Assembly: GCA_026225255.1 (NCBI GenBank)
Contig: JAMFSJ010000018.1
Coordinates: forward strand, 2,934 to 66,933
Source: Methylacidimicrobium fagopyrum
GTDB taxonomy: Bacteria > Verrucomicrobiota > Verrucomicrobiia > Limisphaerales > UBA11358
Direction: 5' to 3'
DNA length: 64,000 nucleotides
Part shown: positions 34,769 through 43,620 of the stretch, piece after piece
How positions within the stretch are numbered: the first letter of the stretch is position 1
How the letters are laid out: each line of letters begins with the position of its first letter
Made by a program: the position numbers and the translations under genes
The notes under the pieces: generated by a model
What the model was told of the DNA's origin: nothing
Databases searched by the model: none
Seen by the model: only the letters and a program-made list of their open reading frames with translations

Positions 34769-37700
34769 ATGAATCGCCAACACATATTAATTTTTACGGG
34801 CTGGGTTTTATTTTGCCTCACAGCAAATTCAATCTTTGCCAGCCAACCTATTTTCTTGGCGGGCGGATGGCGGTTTGCGCTCGACCGCGCGGACGTGGGC
34901 ACGAACGAAAATTGGTTCGTCAAAAACCTGCCGGATAAAATCCAGTTGCCGGGAATTTTAGAAGCGCAAGGCTATGGCGATGCGATCAGCACGACCACGC
35001 CGTGGGTGCTGTCACTCTACGATCATTTTTGGTTTTTGCGCGCCGACTACGCGGCTTACACGAATGCGGGCAGCGTGAAGATTCCGTTTCTGTGCCAACC
35101 GGCGCGACATTATCTCGGCGCGGCGTGGTATCAGCGCGAGATTGAAATCCCAACGAATTGGAATGGCCAACGTATCGTGTTGTTTCTCGAACGGCCGCAT
35201 TGGCAATCTACGGTCTGGCTTGATGACAAAGAAATCGGTTCGGACCTCAGCCTGTGCACGCCGCACGAATATGATTTTGGTCTCGTGCCGCCGGGCAAAC
35301 ATCGTCTCACCGTGCGCGTGGATAACCGGATGATTCTGCCGTATCGCCCAGATTCGCACAGTATTTCCGATTCGCTGGATAATGCGTGGAATGGAATTAT
35401 CGGGAAAATTGAATTGCGCGCGACGAGTCCGGTTTGGATTGATGAGGTGCAGGTGTTTACTAATCCAACAAATAAAATTGCTCACGCAAAAATCACGATT
35501 AGAAACATAACCGGCAAACCAGGATTAGGAGAAATTAGCTTTGGATGTGGCACCGCATTTTCCGCAGAAACACCAAATGGAATTCAAGAGTTAACCAAGA
35601 TGTCGTCTAAAGAGGTGAGCTGGAACACCACTGGAACTACATTTGATTTACAGTTCTCACTAGGCAATACGCCACCCAAGTGGGACGAATTTCACCCTCA
35701 TTTGCGAAACCTGATGCTTGAATTGAAAGGCACATCGGCGGATGATTTTTGCGAGACAACTTTCGGCCTCCGCGATCTGCATACCGACGGCCATCAATTC
35801 ATCCTGAACGGTCACCCAATCTATATTCGCGGCACCCATTTTGGCGGCGATTTTCCGCTGACGGGTTATCCGCCGACGGATGTTGCGGCGTGGAAGAAAA
35901 TTTTCCAGACGTGCAAAGATTATGGTTTGAATTCCATGCGTTTTCATTCGTGGTGTCCGCCGGAAGCCGCGTTTGCAGCAGCGGATGAACTCGGCTTCTA
36001 TCTCTACGTCGAACCCGGCATGTGGAACACGTTCAATCCCGGCTCGCCGATGGAGGCGATGCTCTATTCCGAAACTGAACGCATCGTCAAAATTTACGGC
36101 AATCATCCGTCGTTTCTAATGCTCTCGCCGAGCAACGAGCCCAAAGGCCACTGGCAAGAAGTGTTGCCAAAATGGGCCGCCCATTTTCGCGCGGACGATC
36201 CGCGTCGGCTTTATACCAGCGGCACGGGTTTCACCGAAGCGAACGCACCCGGCCCGCTCGACCAAGTGGATTTCACGACGACCGGACGTTTTGGTGGCCA
36301 ACGTGTGCGGGGTGAAAGCGGCTGGTTCGGGCGCGATTACCGCGATGCCACCGCGGACGTGAACGTGCCGGTAATCGCGCACGAATTGGGTCAATGGTGC
36401 GCGTATCCCGATTTTGACGTGATCAAAAAATTCACCGGTTTCATGCAGTCGGGAAATTTTGAAATCTTTCGCGATTCGCTCGCCGCGCACGGACTTTTGG
36501 ACAAGGATAAGGACTTCGCATCCGCTTCGGGTAAATTTCAGCTCGCCTGTTACCAGGAAGAAATCGAAGCGAATCTACGCACGCCCGGCGTTGCCGGATT
36601 TCAACTGCTCGACCTGCACGATTACACCGGCCAAGGCACCGCGCTCGTCGGCTTGCTCGATCCGTTTTGGGAAAGCAAAGGCTATGTGACGCCGGATGAA
36701 TTTAGACAATTTTGCGCCCCGGTCGTTCCACTGGCACGCTTAAACCAACGAGTTTTCACAACGGCGGATAAATTTGAAGTGCCGTTGGAAATCGCGAATT
36801 GTGGGCCGGCCCCGTTGACCAATGCTGCGGTCATCTGGCGAATTCTCGACCACACCGGCGGCGGCAAAGTCCTCGGCATGTCGTCGGGCCGCACCATTCC
36901 AATGGGAAAAAATATCGCATTGGAAACCATTTCGACTTCGCTCGCTGATTTAGCCGCGCCGGCGCAATATCAACTGGTCGCTTACATTCAAAACACGACC
37001 GTCTCCAACAGTTGGAATTTCTGGCTCTATCCCACGAACATTTCCGACGTTGTTCCCGACGCGGTTTTAGTCACGAGTTCTTGGAACGAGGCCGAGAAAA
37101 AATTATTAACCGGTGGAAAAGTTTTATTCCTGCCGCACAACGCCGATTTAGATTGGAGCAGTCCGCCGCTCGCGCGGGTGCCGATTTTTTGGAACGCGTT
37201 GATGGGGCCGACGTGGAGCCGCATGCTTGGGCTCTGGTGCGATACGAATTCCCCCGCGCTCGCGGAATTTCCGACCGAAGCCAATTGCGATTGGCAATGG
37301 ACGGAGTTGTTGCACAACACGCGCGCTGTGAATCTTGATCATCTGCCGCGCGGATTGCAGCCGATCGTTTCTGCGATTGATGATTGGAATCGCAATTACA
37401 AGCTCAGCTTGATTTTTGAAGCGCGCGTGGGCCCGGGAAAATTATTGGTTTGCTCGATTGATTTAAACCACAACCTGAGTCCGGTCGCGCAGCAATTGCG
37501 TCGCTCGTTGTTGGATTATATGGCGGGAGAAAATTTTCTGCCGCCCACGAAAATTTCTCTGGCTGATTTTGAAAACTTACATTTCGATACGCGCATCATG
37601 CACCAACTGGGTGCCACCGCGAAGGCGGATGGACAGAATGCCAATGACCTTGTGGACGGCGATTCGAATACATTTTGGGCCAGCGCCGATGCGCGCGGCC

Positions 37701-38125
37701 GCAGTTCAAAGCTGCCGCATGTCCTGGAAATCACTTTTCCCAAAGCAATCGCGCTGAACGGATTGGTTTTGATGCCGCGCCAAAATCAACGCGAACACCA
37801 AGGCGACATTCGCGATTACCGAATTGAAACCAGCACTGACGGCCCGAATTGGTCGGCAATTTCGCGCGGGCAATTGGCTTCGACTTGGTCACCGCAGTCC
37901 ATTTTATTTTGCCGCACGATCAAGGCTAAAACAGTGCGACTGACTGCGCTGACGGGTTTTGGGAATGACGATTCAACGGCGCTTGCGGAATTGGCGGTGA
38001 TTTACGCCGGACCGAAACTTCCCGAAAATGGCGACGACGAAATCGATTATAAAAATGTGCAGACAGCTTCGCCGGACATTGATGCGGGCGGCACGCTGAT
38101 CAAATCCAAACGCCAGCCGCAGTGA
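34769..38125 (+). CDS. secreted glycoside hydrolase (GH2-like) with a C-terminal F5/8 type C (discoidin) domain
   Basis: 1118 aa with a signal peptide. It has an N-terminal sugar-binding region followed by a TIM-barrel-like region, and a C-terminal discoidin-like segment (DGDSNTFWAS...YRIETSTDGPNW). The family call is only moderately confident. Confidence 0.7.
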   Translation: MNRQHILIFTGWVLFCLTANSIFASQPIFLAGGWRFALDRADVGTNENWFVKNLPDKIQLPGILEAQGYGDAISTTTPWVLSLYDHFWFLRADYAAYTNAGSVKIPFLCQPARHYLGAAWYQREIEIPTNWNGQRIVLFLERPHWQSTVWLDDKEIGSDLSLCTPHEYDFGLVPPGKHRLTVRVDNRMILPYRPDSHSISDSLDNAWNGIIGKIELRATSPVWIDEVQVFTNPTNKIAHAKITIRNITGKPGLGEISFGCGTAFSAETPNGIQELTKMSSKEVSWNTTGTTFDLQFSLGNTPPKWDEFHPHLRNLMLELKGTSADDFCETTFGLRDLHTDGHQFILNGHPIYIRGTHFGGDFPLTGYPPTDVAAWKKIFQTCKDYGLNSMRFHSWCPPEAAFAAADELGFYLYVEPGMWNTFNPGSPMEAMLYSETERIVKIYGNHPSFLMLSPSNEPKGHWQEVLPKWAAHFRADDPRRLYTSGTGFTEANAPGPLDQVDFTTTGRFGGQRVRGESGWFGRDYRDATADVNVPVIAHELGQWCAYPDFDVIKKFTGFMQSGNFEIFRDSLAAHGLLDKDKDFASASGKFQLACYQEEIEANLRTPGVAGFQLLDLHDYTGQGTALVGLLDPFWESKGYVTPDEFRQFCAPVVPLARLNQRVFTTADKFEVPLEIANCGPAPLTNAAVIWRILDHTGGGKVLGMSSGRTIPMGKNIALETISTSLADLAAPAQYQLVAYIQNTTVSNSWNFWLYPTNISDVVPDAVLVTSSWNEAEKKLLTGGKVLFLPHNADLDWSSPPLARVPIFWNALMGPTWSRMLGLWCDTNSPALAEFPTEANCDWQWTELLHNTRAVNLDHLPRGLQPIVSAIDDWNRNYKLSLIFEARVGPGKLLVCSIDLNHNLSPVAQQLRRSLLDYMAGENFLPPTKISLADFENLHFDTRIMHQLGATAKADGQNANDLVDGDSNTFWASADARGRSSKLPHVLEITFPKAIALNGLVLMPRQNQREHQGDIRDYRIETSTDGPNWSAISRGQLASTWSPQSILFCRTIKAKTVRLTALTGFGNDDSTALAELAVIYAGPKLPENGDDEIDYKNVQTASPDIDAGGTLIKSKRQPQ

Positions 38126-38127
38126 AA

Positions 38128-38493
38128 TCACGCTTCCGTGATCACCGTATCGCTGTGTTCGTAAGCGGGCGCACAGCAGCAGAGCAGGCGTAGCACTTCG
38201 TTGCCGGTATTCCAAAGCTTGTGTTTTTGGCCGGGCGGAATGGCGATGGCATCGCCGACTTTGACGTCGCACGTTTCATTTTCGATACGGATTTTTCCCG
38301 TGCCGTGCGTGATGTAATAAATTTCTTCAGTGAGCGGATGAAAATGTTCCTGCGTCGCGCCGCCAACGGGTAAGCGCGCTTCGGCCAGGCTTTGATTACG
38401 AATGACGGAGTTGCGATACGCCAGCAGTTCGCGGATTTCTGATCCGTCTTTGGTGGTGAACGACGGAACTTCGCTTAGTTTTTTGATATCCAT
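38128..38493 (-). CDS. cupin domain protein
   Basis: 121 aa with the two cupin motifs GGATQEHFHPLTEEIYYITHGTG and GDAIAIPPGQKHKLWN. Confidence 0.8.
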   Translation of the reverse strand: MDIKKLSEVPSFTTKDGSEIRELLAYRNSVIRNQSLAEARLPVGGATQEHFHPLTEEIYYITHGTGKIRIENETCDVKVGDAIAIPPGQKHKLWNTGNEVLRLLCCCAPAYEHSDTVITEA

Positions 38494-38506
38494 ATATTTT
38501 TCAATT

Positions 38507-38590
38507 CCTCCTCATCGTCCTCCTCATCGTCATCGTCATCCTCGACCAAAGATTCTGAGGATGACGATGAGGATGAGCAGGAGGAGGAGG
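38507..38590. repeat. long imperfect hairpin with low-complexity arms, (CCTCATCGT)n / (GAGGATGAC)n
   Basis: Left arm 38507-38543, loop GACCAAAGATTCT, right arm 38557-38590. The inner 13 bp (CATCGTCATCCTC / GAGGATGACGATG) pair perfectly. Confidence 0.85.
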
Positions 38591-38598
38591 ATTTTACA

Positions 38599-39519
38599 TT
38601 AGAAATTTTCGGGTAGCCGAAAAACTTTTGCCAGATCAATCTGCCCTAACAGCACGCCGAAAATGATCAAGGCCATCGCCAGATAAAACGTGGTCGTGAT
38701 CGGTTCGCCCAAAGTGAAATGCACCCAGATACACGTCGTCACGGGAATCAGATTATTGAAGAGCAACACCTTGCTCGCGGGCCACACGCGCAGCGCATTA
38801 TTCCAAAACGCATACGGAATCACGCCGCCAAAAATAATACAGAAGGCCATGATACCAAGGTGCTGCGGTGTAACGGGGAGGCCATGGATTGCCACTTCGA
38901 CTAATCCAATGGGCAGCAGGATGACGCCGGACATCCACATGGAATTGGCGGCGACTTCGAGGCCGTTGATGCGCGCACCGAGCCAGCGGCTTTGACGGCT
39001 GTAATACGCCCAGAAAAAGCTGGCGACCAACGCAAATAATTCGCCCGCGAGATTTGTTTGCTTGCCCGCCTTCAACGCTGGCCAAAATAAAACCAGCACG
39101 CCAACGACCGCCAGCAGCGCGGCCGAATAACGTCGCACGCTTGCCCACGTGCGGCGCGGTCGTTCCTCCGCGAGCAAGGCCCACACCGGGGACGCGCCCA
39201 GATACAACGCAACGTGCGAGGCGGAAGTTAGTTTGAGTGCCCAATTGAAAGTGATCGTATAAAACGCGAGGCTTAAGCCGCCACGCAGCCATAACTGTTT
39301 TTGCAATTCCGGCGTGAGTTTTTCAAATTCGCCGAGCCAGTGGGTGAAACGTAAAATCGCCAGCAGAATTAATCCGCCAAAAACAAACCGCATGCTGCCG
39401 GTGAAAACCGGCGGCCAACTGCCAAGGAGCCACTTGGTTCCGGCATTGTTGCCACCCCAAAAGGTGACGACCATGAGCAGGCTCAAGCCGACTGCGGTAT
39501 TGTTTTTCTTTTCCGACAC
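38599..39519 (-). CDS. EamA/DMT family transporter
   Basis: 306 aa with about 10 TM segments and the two-repeat EamA architecture. Confidence 0.85.
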   Translation of the reverse strand: MSEKKNNTAVGLSLLMVVTFWGGNNAGTKWLLGSWPPVFTGSMRFVFGGLILLAILRFTHWLGEFEKLTPELQKQLWLRGGLSLAFYTITFNWALKLTSASHVALYLGASPVWALLAEERPRRTWASVRRYSAALLAVVGVLVLFWPALKAGKQTNLAGELFALVASFFWAYYSRQSRWLGARINGLEVAANSMWMSGVILLPIGLVEVAIHGLPVTPQHLGIMAFCIIFGGVIPYAFWNNALRVWPASKVLLFNNLIPVTTCIWVHFTLGEPITTTFYLAMALIIFGVLLGQIDLAKVFRLPENF

Positions 39520-39689
39520 GCGGGGAGATTACGGCAAGGAGTTGTTGGGTTCAATCAAACCACTAGCGAATATCAAGAAGCGTTGCCAAGCACGCTTGTG
39601 CACCCTGACAACAAATTTAATCCTTTTTTGCGAATCTCTAATCCGCAAATTAATTTGACCCGGCGCGGAAGTAAATTAAATTTCAAGAC

Positions 39690-40073
39690 ATGGATCATTC
39701 ACCCGGCTTTCTTAAAATCGTGACGGACGCCCAGACGCGCGTTCGCGAAATTTCCGTGGATCAAACCCGCGCGTGGCTCACGCAAAATCCCAAGGTCGTG
39801 CTTGTGGATGTGCGCGAAGATTCGGAGTGGAACGCCGGTCACGCGGTTGAGGCGGTGCACCTTGGCAAAGGTGTTTTGGAACGTGACATCGAAAAGATGT
39901 TCCCCGATCCGCAGACGGAATTAATCATGTATTGCGGCGGCGGTTACCGTTCCGTGCTGACGTGTGATGTGGCGCAGAAGATGGGGTATCGCAGCGTGCA
40001 TTCGCTCATCGGCGGTTTCAAGGCGTTGAAACAGGCGGACTGGCCGATGGCGCAAAAGACGGTTGCAGGTTGA
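39690..40073 (+). CDS. rhodanese-like domain protein (sulfurtransferase)
   Basis: 127 aa with VDVREDSEWNAGH and the active-site loop YCGGGYRS. Confidence 0.85.
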   Translation: MDHSPGFLKIVTDAQTRVREISVDQTRAWLTQNPKVVLVDVREDSEWNAGHAVEAVHLGKGVLERDIEKMFPDPQTELIMYCGGGYRSVLTCDVAQKMGYRSVHSLIGGFKALKQADWPMAQKTVAG

Positions 40074-40163
40074 GGTTATTCCCCTCTGCGCCAAGGCGTT
40101 GAGTTCTCCATTTTTGCAACCGGTTGAAACCTGTGTCGCGCTGGTTACGTCTGATGTTTTGAT

Positions 40164-41651
40164 ATGTTGAAGCCGTTGGACAAGGATAAATGGAATTACG
40201 CGCTGGCCGCGCATCTGTTGAATCGCGCCGGGTTTGGCGGTCCGCCGCAGCAAATTGACAAGCTTACCGAGCTTGGCATGGACGGCGCAATTTCGTCGCT
40301 GCTCGATTACGAAAAAATTCCCGACGCAACGCACAATCCCGATTGGGCGCATCCAAATCCCGACGAATTGAAGCAGTATCGTGACGCGATCAAAAACGCG
40401 GCGACGCCGGAAGCGAAACGGCTGGCGCAACAAGAGGAGAATAAAGTCCGCCAGAAACGGTTTTTGGAATTGCGCGGCTGGTGGTTGCAACGCATGGCCT
40501 CGGGGCCGCGGCCGCTTCAGGAAAAGATGGTTTTGTTCTGGCATGGGCATTTCGCCACGAGCGCCGAGAAGGTGCAAAATCCTTATTACATGTGGCGGCA
40601 GAACGAATTGTTTCGTCGGCTGGCCACGGCGAATTGGCAGTTATTACTGCTCGAAGCGGGCAAAGATCCGGCCATGTTGGTCTGGCTCGATCAGGCGCAG
40701 AGCCGCAAGGAACATCCGAACGAAAATTTTGCGCGCGAGGTCATGGAATTGTTCGCGCTCGGCGAGGGGCATTACACTGAACACGACATCACCGAAGGCG
40801 CGCGGGCGCTGACGGGTTGGTCCTTGGATGGCGAGAACCAGCAGTTTGTTTATCGTCCGCGCATTCACGATGACGGGATGAAAACGTATTTGGGTCGCAC
40901 GGGCGATTTGAATGGCGACGATGTGATCGCCACGATTGTCGCGCAACCGCAGGCGGCGAAGTTCATCACGGCGAAATTGTGGAATTATTTCGGCGGCTCG
41001 GTGCCGAACGATGCTTTGAACAATGCGCTGGCCGAGGTTTTGCGCGCGAACGGAAATAATTTAAAACCGTTTCTGCGCATCCTGTTTAGCAGCCAGGAAT
41101 TTTACAGCGATGAGGTCGTGCGCAATCAGGTGAAGAGCCCGGTGCAATGGCTGATTGGCAGCGTGCGGATGTTGGAATGCGAATTGCCGCCGACGCTCGT
41201 GAGCTGGGGTATGTTGCGTCAATTGGGGCAGGATATTTTTGCGCCGCCGAATGTGAAAGGCTGGGATGGTGGGGTGACGTGGATCACGACGAACACCTTG
41301 TTGACGCGCTACAACGACGCGCAATCGTTGGTGGAAGGCACGTTGCCGCCGCTCAAGGCGGGCGATTTTTCCAAGAAAGCAGGTGGGCAGGGCGGCGGGA
41401 AAGTTGAAAAGCTTTATCAACGCTTGCACATGGGCGGGGTGAATCTGGACAAGATTTTATTGCCGGAAGAACGCACGGATAAAACCGCGATTGTCGTGGC
41501 GTTGCAACAACGGCTGTTCCAAACGACGTTGAGCATGAATCAGCAGCAAACCTTGCAAGAATTTCTCGATTCCAAAACCAAAATGAACGACGGCGACATC
41601 ATTCAAACCATTCGGTTGATGATGTCCACGCCGGAATATCAAGTGACGTGA
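40164..41651 (+). CDS. DUF1800 family protein
   Basis: 495 aa with LFWHGHFATS and NENFAREVMELFALG blocks typical of DUF1800. It is paired with the DUF1501 gene. Confidence 0.85.
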   Translation: MLKPLDKDKWNYALAAHLLNRAGFGGPPQQIDKLTELGMDGAISSLLDYEKIPDATHNPDWAHPNPDELKQYRDAIKNAATPEAKRLAQQEENKVRQKRFLELRGWWLQRMASGPRPLQEKMVLFWHGHFATSAEKVQNPYYMWRQNELFRRLATANWQLLLLEAGKDPAMLVWLDQAQSRKEHPNENFAREVMELFALGEGHYTEHDITEGARALTGWSLDGENQQFVYRPRIHDDGMKTYLGRTGDLNGDDVIATIVAQPQAAKFITAKLWNYFGGSVPNDALNNALAEVLRANGNNLKPFLRILFSSQEFYSDEVVRNQVKSPVQWLIGSVRMLECELPPTLVSWGMLRQLGQDIFAPPNVKGWDGGVTWITTNTLLTRYNDAQSLVEGTLPPLKAGDFSKKAGGQGGGKVEKLYQRLHMGGVNLDKILLPEERTDKTAIVVALQQRLFQTTLSMNQQQTLQEFLDSKTKMNDGDIIQTIRLMMSTPEYQVT

Positions 41652-41658
41652 GGCTATT

Positions 41659-43014
41659 ATGAAAAACGAAATCTCTCTCAAAACGCGCCGGGAATTTTTA
41701 CGGACAACCGTGCTTGGCAGCGCGTTGTCGTGGACGGTGCCGGCGTTTCTCATGGATACGTTTGCTGCGTTGCAATCCCAGGCGGCGGATTCCGCCACGC
41801 AGATTGCCACGGGCAAAGATTCGACGATTCTCGTCGTGCTACAAATGGCGGGCGGCAACGACGGCATCAATACGGTCGTGCCTTACAGTAGCGATTTTTA
41901 TCACAAGGCGCGTCCGAAAATCGGCTTGAACGCGCAGCAGATTTTGAAGGTGAACGACGATATTGGTTTTCATGGCTCGCTGGGCGGGTTCAAAAATCTT
42001 TATGATTCCGGCAACCTCGCGGTGGTGCAGGGCGTGGGTTATCCGAATCCGAACCGTTCGCATTTTCGTTCTACGGAGATCTGGCAGACGGCGAGCGATT
42101 CTGAGCGGATAGAAAAATACGGCTGGATCGGGCGCTACTTCGACAACGCTTGCGGCGGCGCGGATCCGTCGGTCGGCGTGACGATTGGTAATCAGTTGCC
42201 GGAAGCTTTTTTTGCGAAACATCCCAAAGGAATTTGTTTCAATAATCCGCAAGATTATCGCTTTCGCCCCGATGGCGGTGGCACGGAAGAATCTTACAAA
42301 AAATTAAATGCGTTGGAGATGTCGGCCCCCCAGCCGGACGGCGGGATGAACGACGAGCACTCTGGCGACATGCTCAATTCCGGCGGCAGCATCGCGTCGC
42401 TCCCGGCGGGAATGCCGATGACCGGCGGTCGCGCGGTGGATTTCATCACGCGCACCGCGATGGACGCCCAGATGAGTTCAGACGAAGTTCGCAACATCGC
42501 CGCCCGCGTGCAAAATCACGCGAATTATCCCAACTCGGGTCTCGCCAATTCGCTCAAGCTGGTCGCGAAGTTGATCGGCGGCGGCTTGCCGACGCGGATC
42601 TATTACGTTTCGCAAGGCGGCTACGACACCCACACGAACCAAGTCAATTCGCAGCAACGTTTGTTGCAAGACCTCGGCGATTCGACCAAGGCTTTCGTGG
42701 ACGACCTGAAGGCGCAGGGCAACCTGCAACGCGTGGTCGTGATGACGTTCAGCGAGTTCGGTCGGCGCGTGAACGAAAACGCCAACGGCGGCACGGATCA
42801 CGGCGCGGCGGCACCGATGTTCATCGTGGGCAATAAAGTGAAAGGTGGTTTGCTCGGACAATATCCGAGCCTCGCGCCGCAGGACTTATATCAAGGCGAC
42901 ATCAAATACAACGTGGACTTCCGCAGCGTTTACGCCGGTTTGTTGGAAAATTGGTTGAAGACCAAGAGCGCACCGATTTTAGGGAAACAATTTGCGCCAC
43001 TGGCCGTGGCGTAA
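41659..43014 (+). CDS. DUF1501 family protein (sulfatase/alkaline-phosphatase-like, Tat signal)
   Basis: 451 aa with the Tat motif RREFLRTTVLGSALSW, plus GGNDGINTVVPY and GGTDHG blocks. Confidence 0.85.
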   Translation: MKNEISLKTRREFLRTTVLGSALSWTVPAFLMDTFAALQSQAADSATQIATGKDSTILVVLQMAGGNDGINTVVPYSSDFYHKARPKIGLNAQQILKVNDDIGFHGSLGGFKNLYDSGNLAVVQGVGYPNPNRSHFRSTEIWQTASDSERIEKYGWIGRYFDNACGGADPSVGVTIGNQLPEAFFAKHPKGICFNNPQDYRFRPDGGGTEESYKKLNALEMSAPQPDGGMNDEHSGDMLNSGGSIASLPAGMPMTGGRAVDFITRTAMDAQMSSDEVRNIAARVQNHANYPNSGLANSLKLVAKLIGGGLPTRIYYVSQGGYDTHTNQVNSQQRLLQDLGDSTKAFVDDLKAQGNLQRVVVMTFSEFGRRVNENANGGTDHGAAAPMFIVGNKVKGGLLGQYPSLAPQDLYQGDIKYNVDFRSVYAGLLENWLKTKSAPILGKQFAPLAVA

Positions 43015-43036
43015 AAGTATTTCGCAAATAGAATTG

Positions 43037-43066
43037 GGCGGAACTGCGGTTCCGCCTTATTTTTTA
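43037..43066 (+). terminator. intrinsic terminator after the DUF1501 gene
   Basis: GGCGGAAC-tgc-GGTTCCGCC followed by TTATTTTTT. Confidence 0.75.
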
Positions 43067-43085
43067 AGTTAGGCCGGCGAAGCGT

Positions 43086-43469
43086 ATGGAAAATCTCCCA
43101 CCCAGTTTTATTTTTCGAGGTTATGCTGAAGTGTGGGCGAGGGCTTATTTTGCCAGTGCGTGGTGGTTTGGTAGTCGTTGCACGATTACGGATGAGGCCA
43201 TTACGGTGCGTGCGCTTGGTCGTGAGCATATCCACACCAAAGCGGAGTTGGTGGAATTACGATGGGTTTGGCTGCCTTGGCCCTATCTGATGGTAATCAG
43301 TCGCAGCCACGGTTCAGTGGGCTATTCGACATTTCAGATGCTGCGCTGGTCGCGGTTGCGTGCTGCCTTAAAGTCAGCCGGTTTTAGTTTTACTGAAGAG
43401 TTGCGATATTATTCATATCGTCGAGTTGCCGATGATAAAAAGCGTTATGGCTTACAAGATGGCGTTTGA
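43086..43469 (+). CDS. hypothetical protein
   Basis: 127-aa ORF. It looks AT-richer than its neighbours by eye. No family recognised. Confidence 0.45.
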   Translation: MENLPPSFIFRGYAEVWARAYFASAWWFGSRCTITDEAITVRALGREHIHTKAELVELRWVWLPWPYLMVISRSHGSVGYSTFQMLRWSRLRAALKSAGFSFTEELRYYSYRRVADDKKRYGLQDGV

Positions 43470-43620
43470 CCATCGGTCTTAAAGGCATCGCGCCAACCAC
43501 CGTTGAAGCGCTCGCATCGGAAGTGCGGGTTGAGTTTCTGGAGTATTATTGAATTTTGAGTTATGTGCCTCGATCGGTGGCCTGATCTAAAACTTGGCAA
43601 AGTTTTCCACGCCCAATCCT

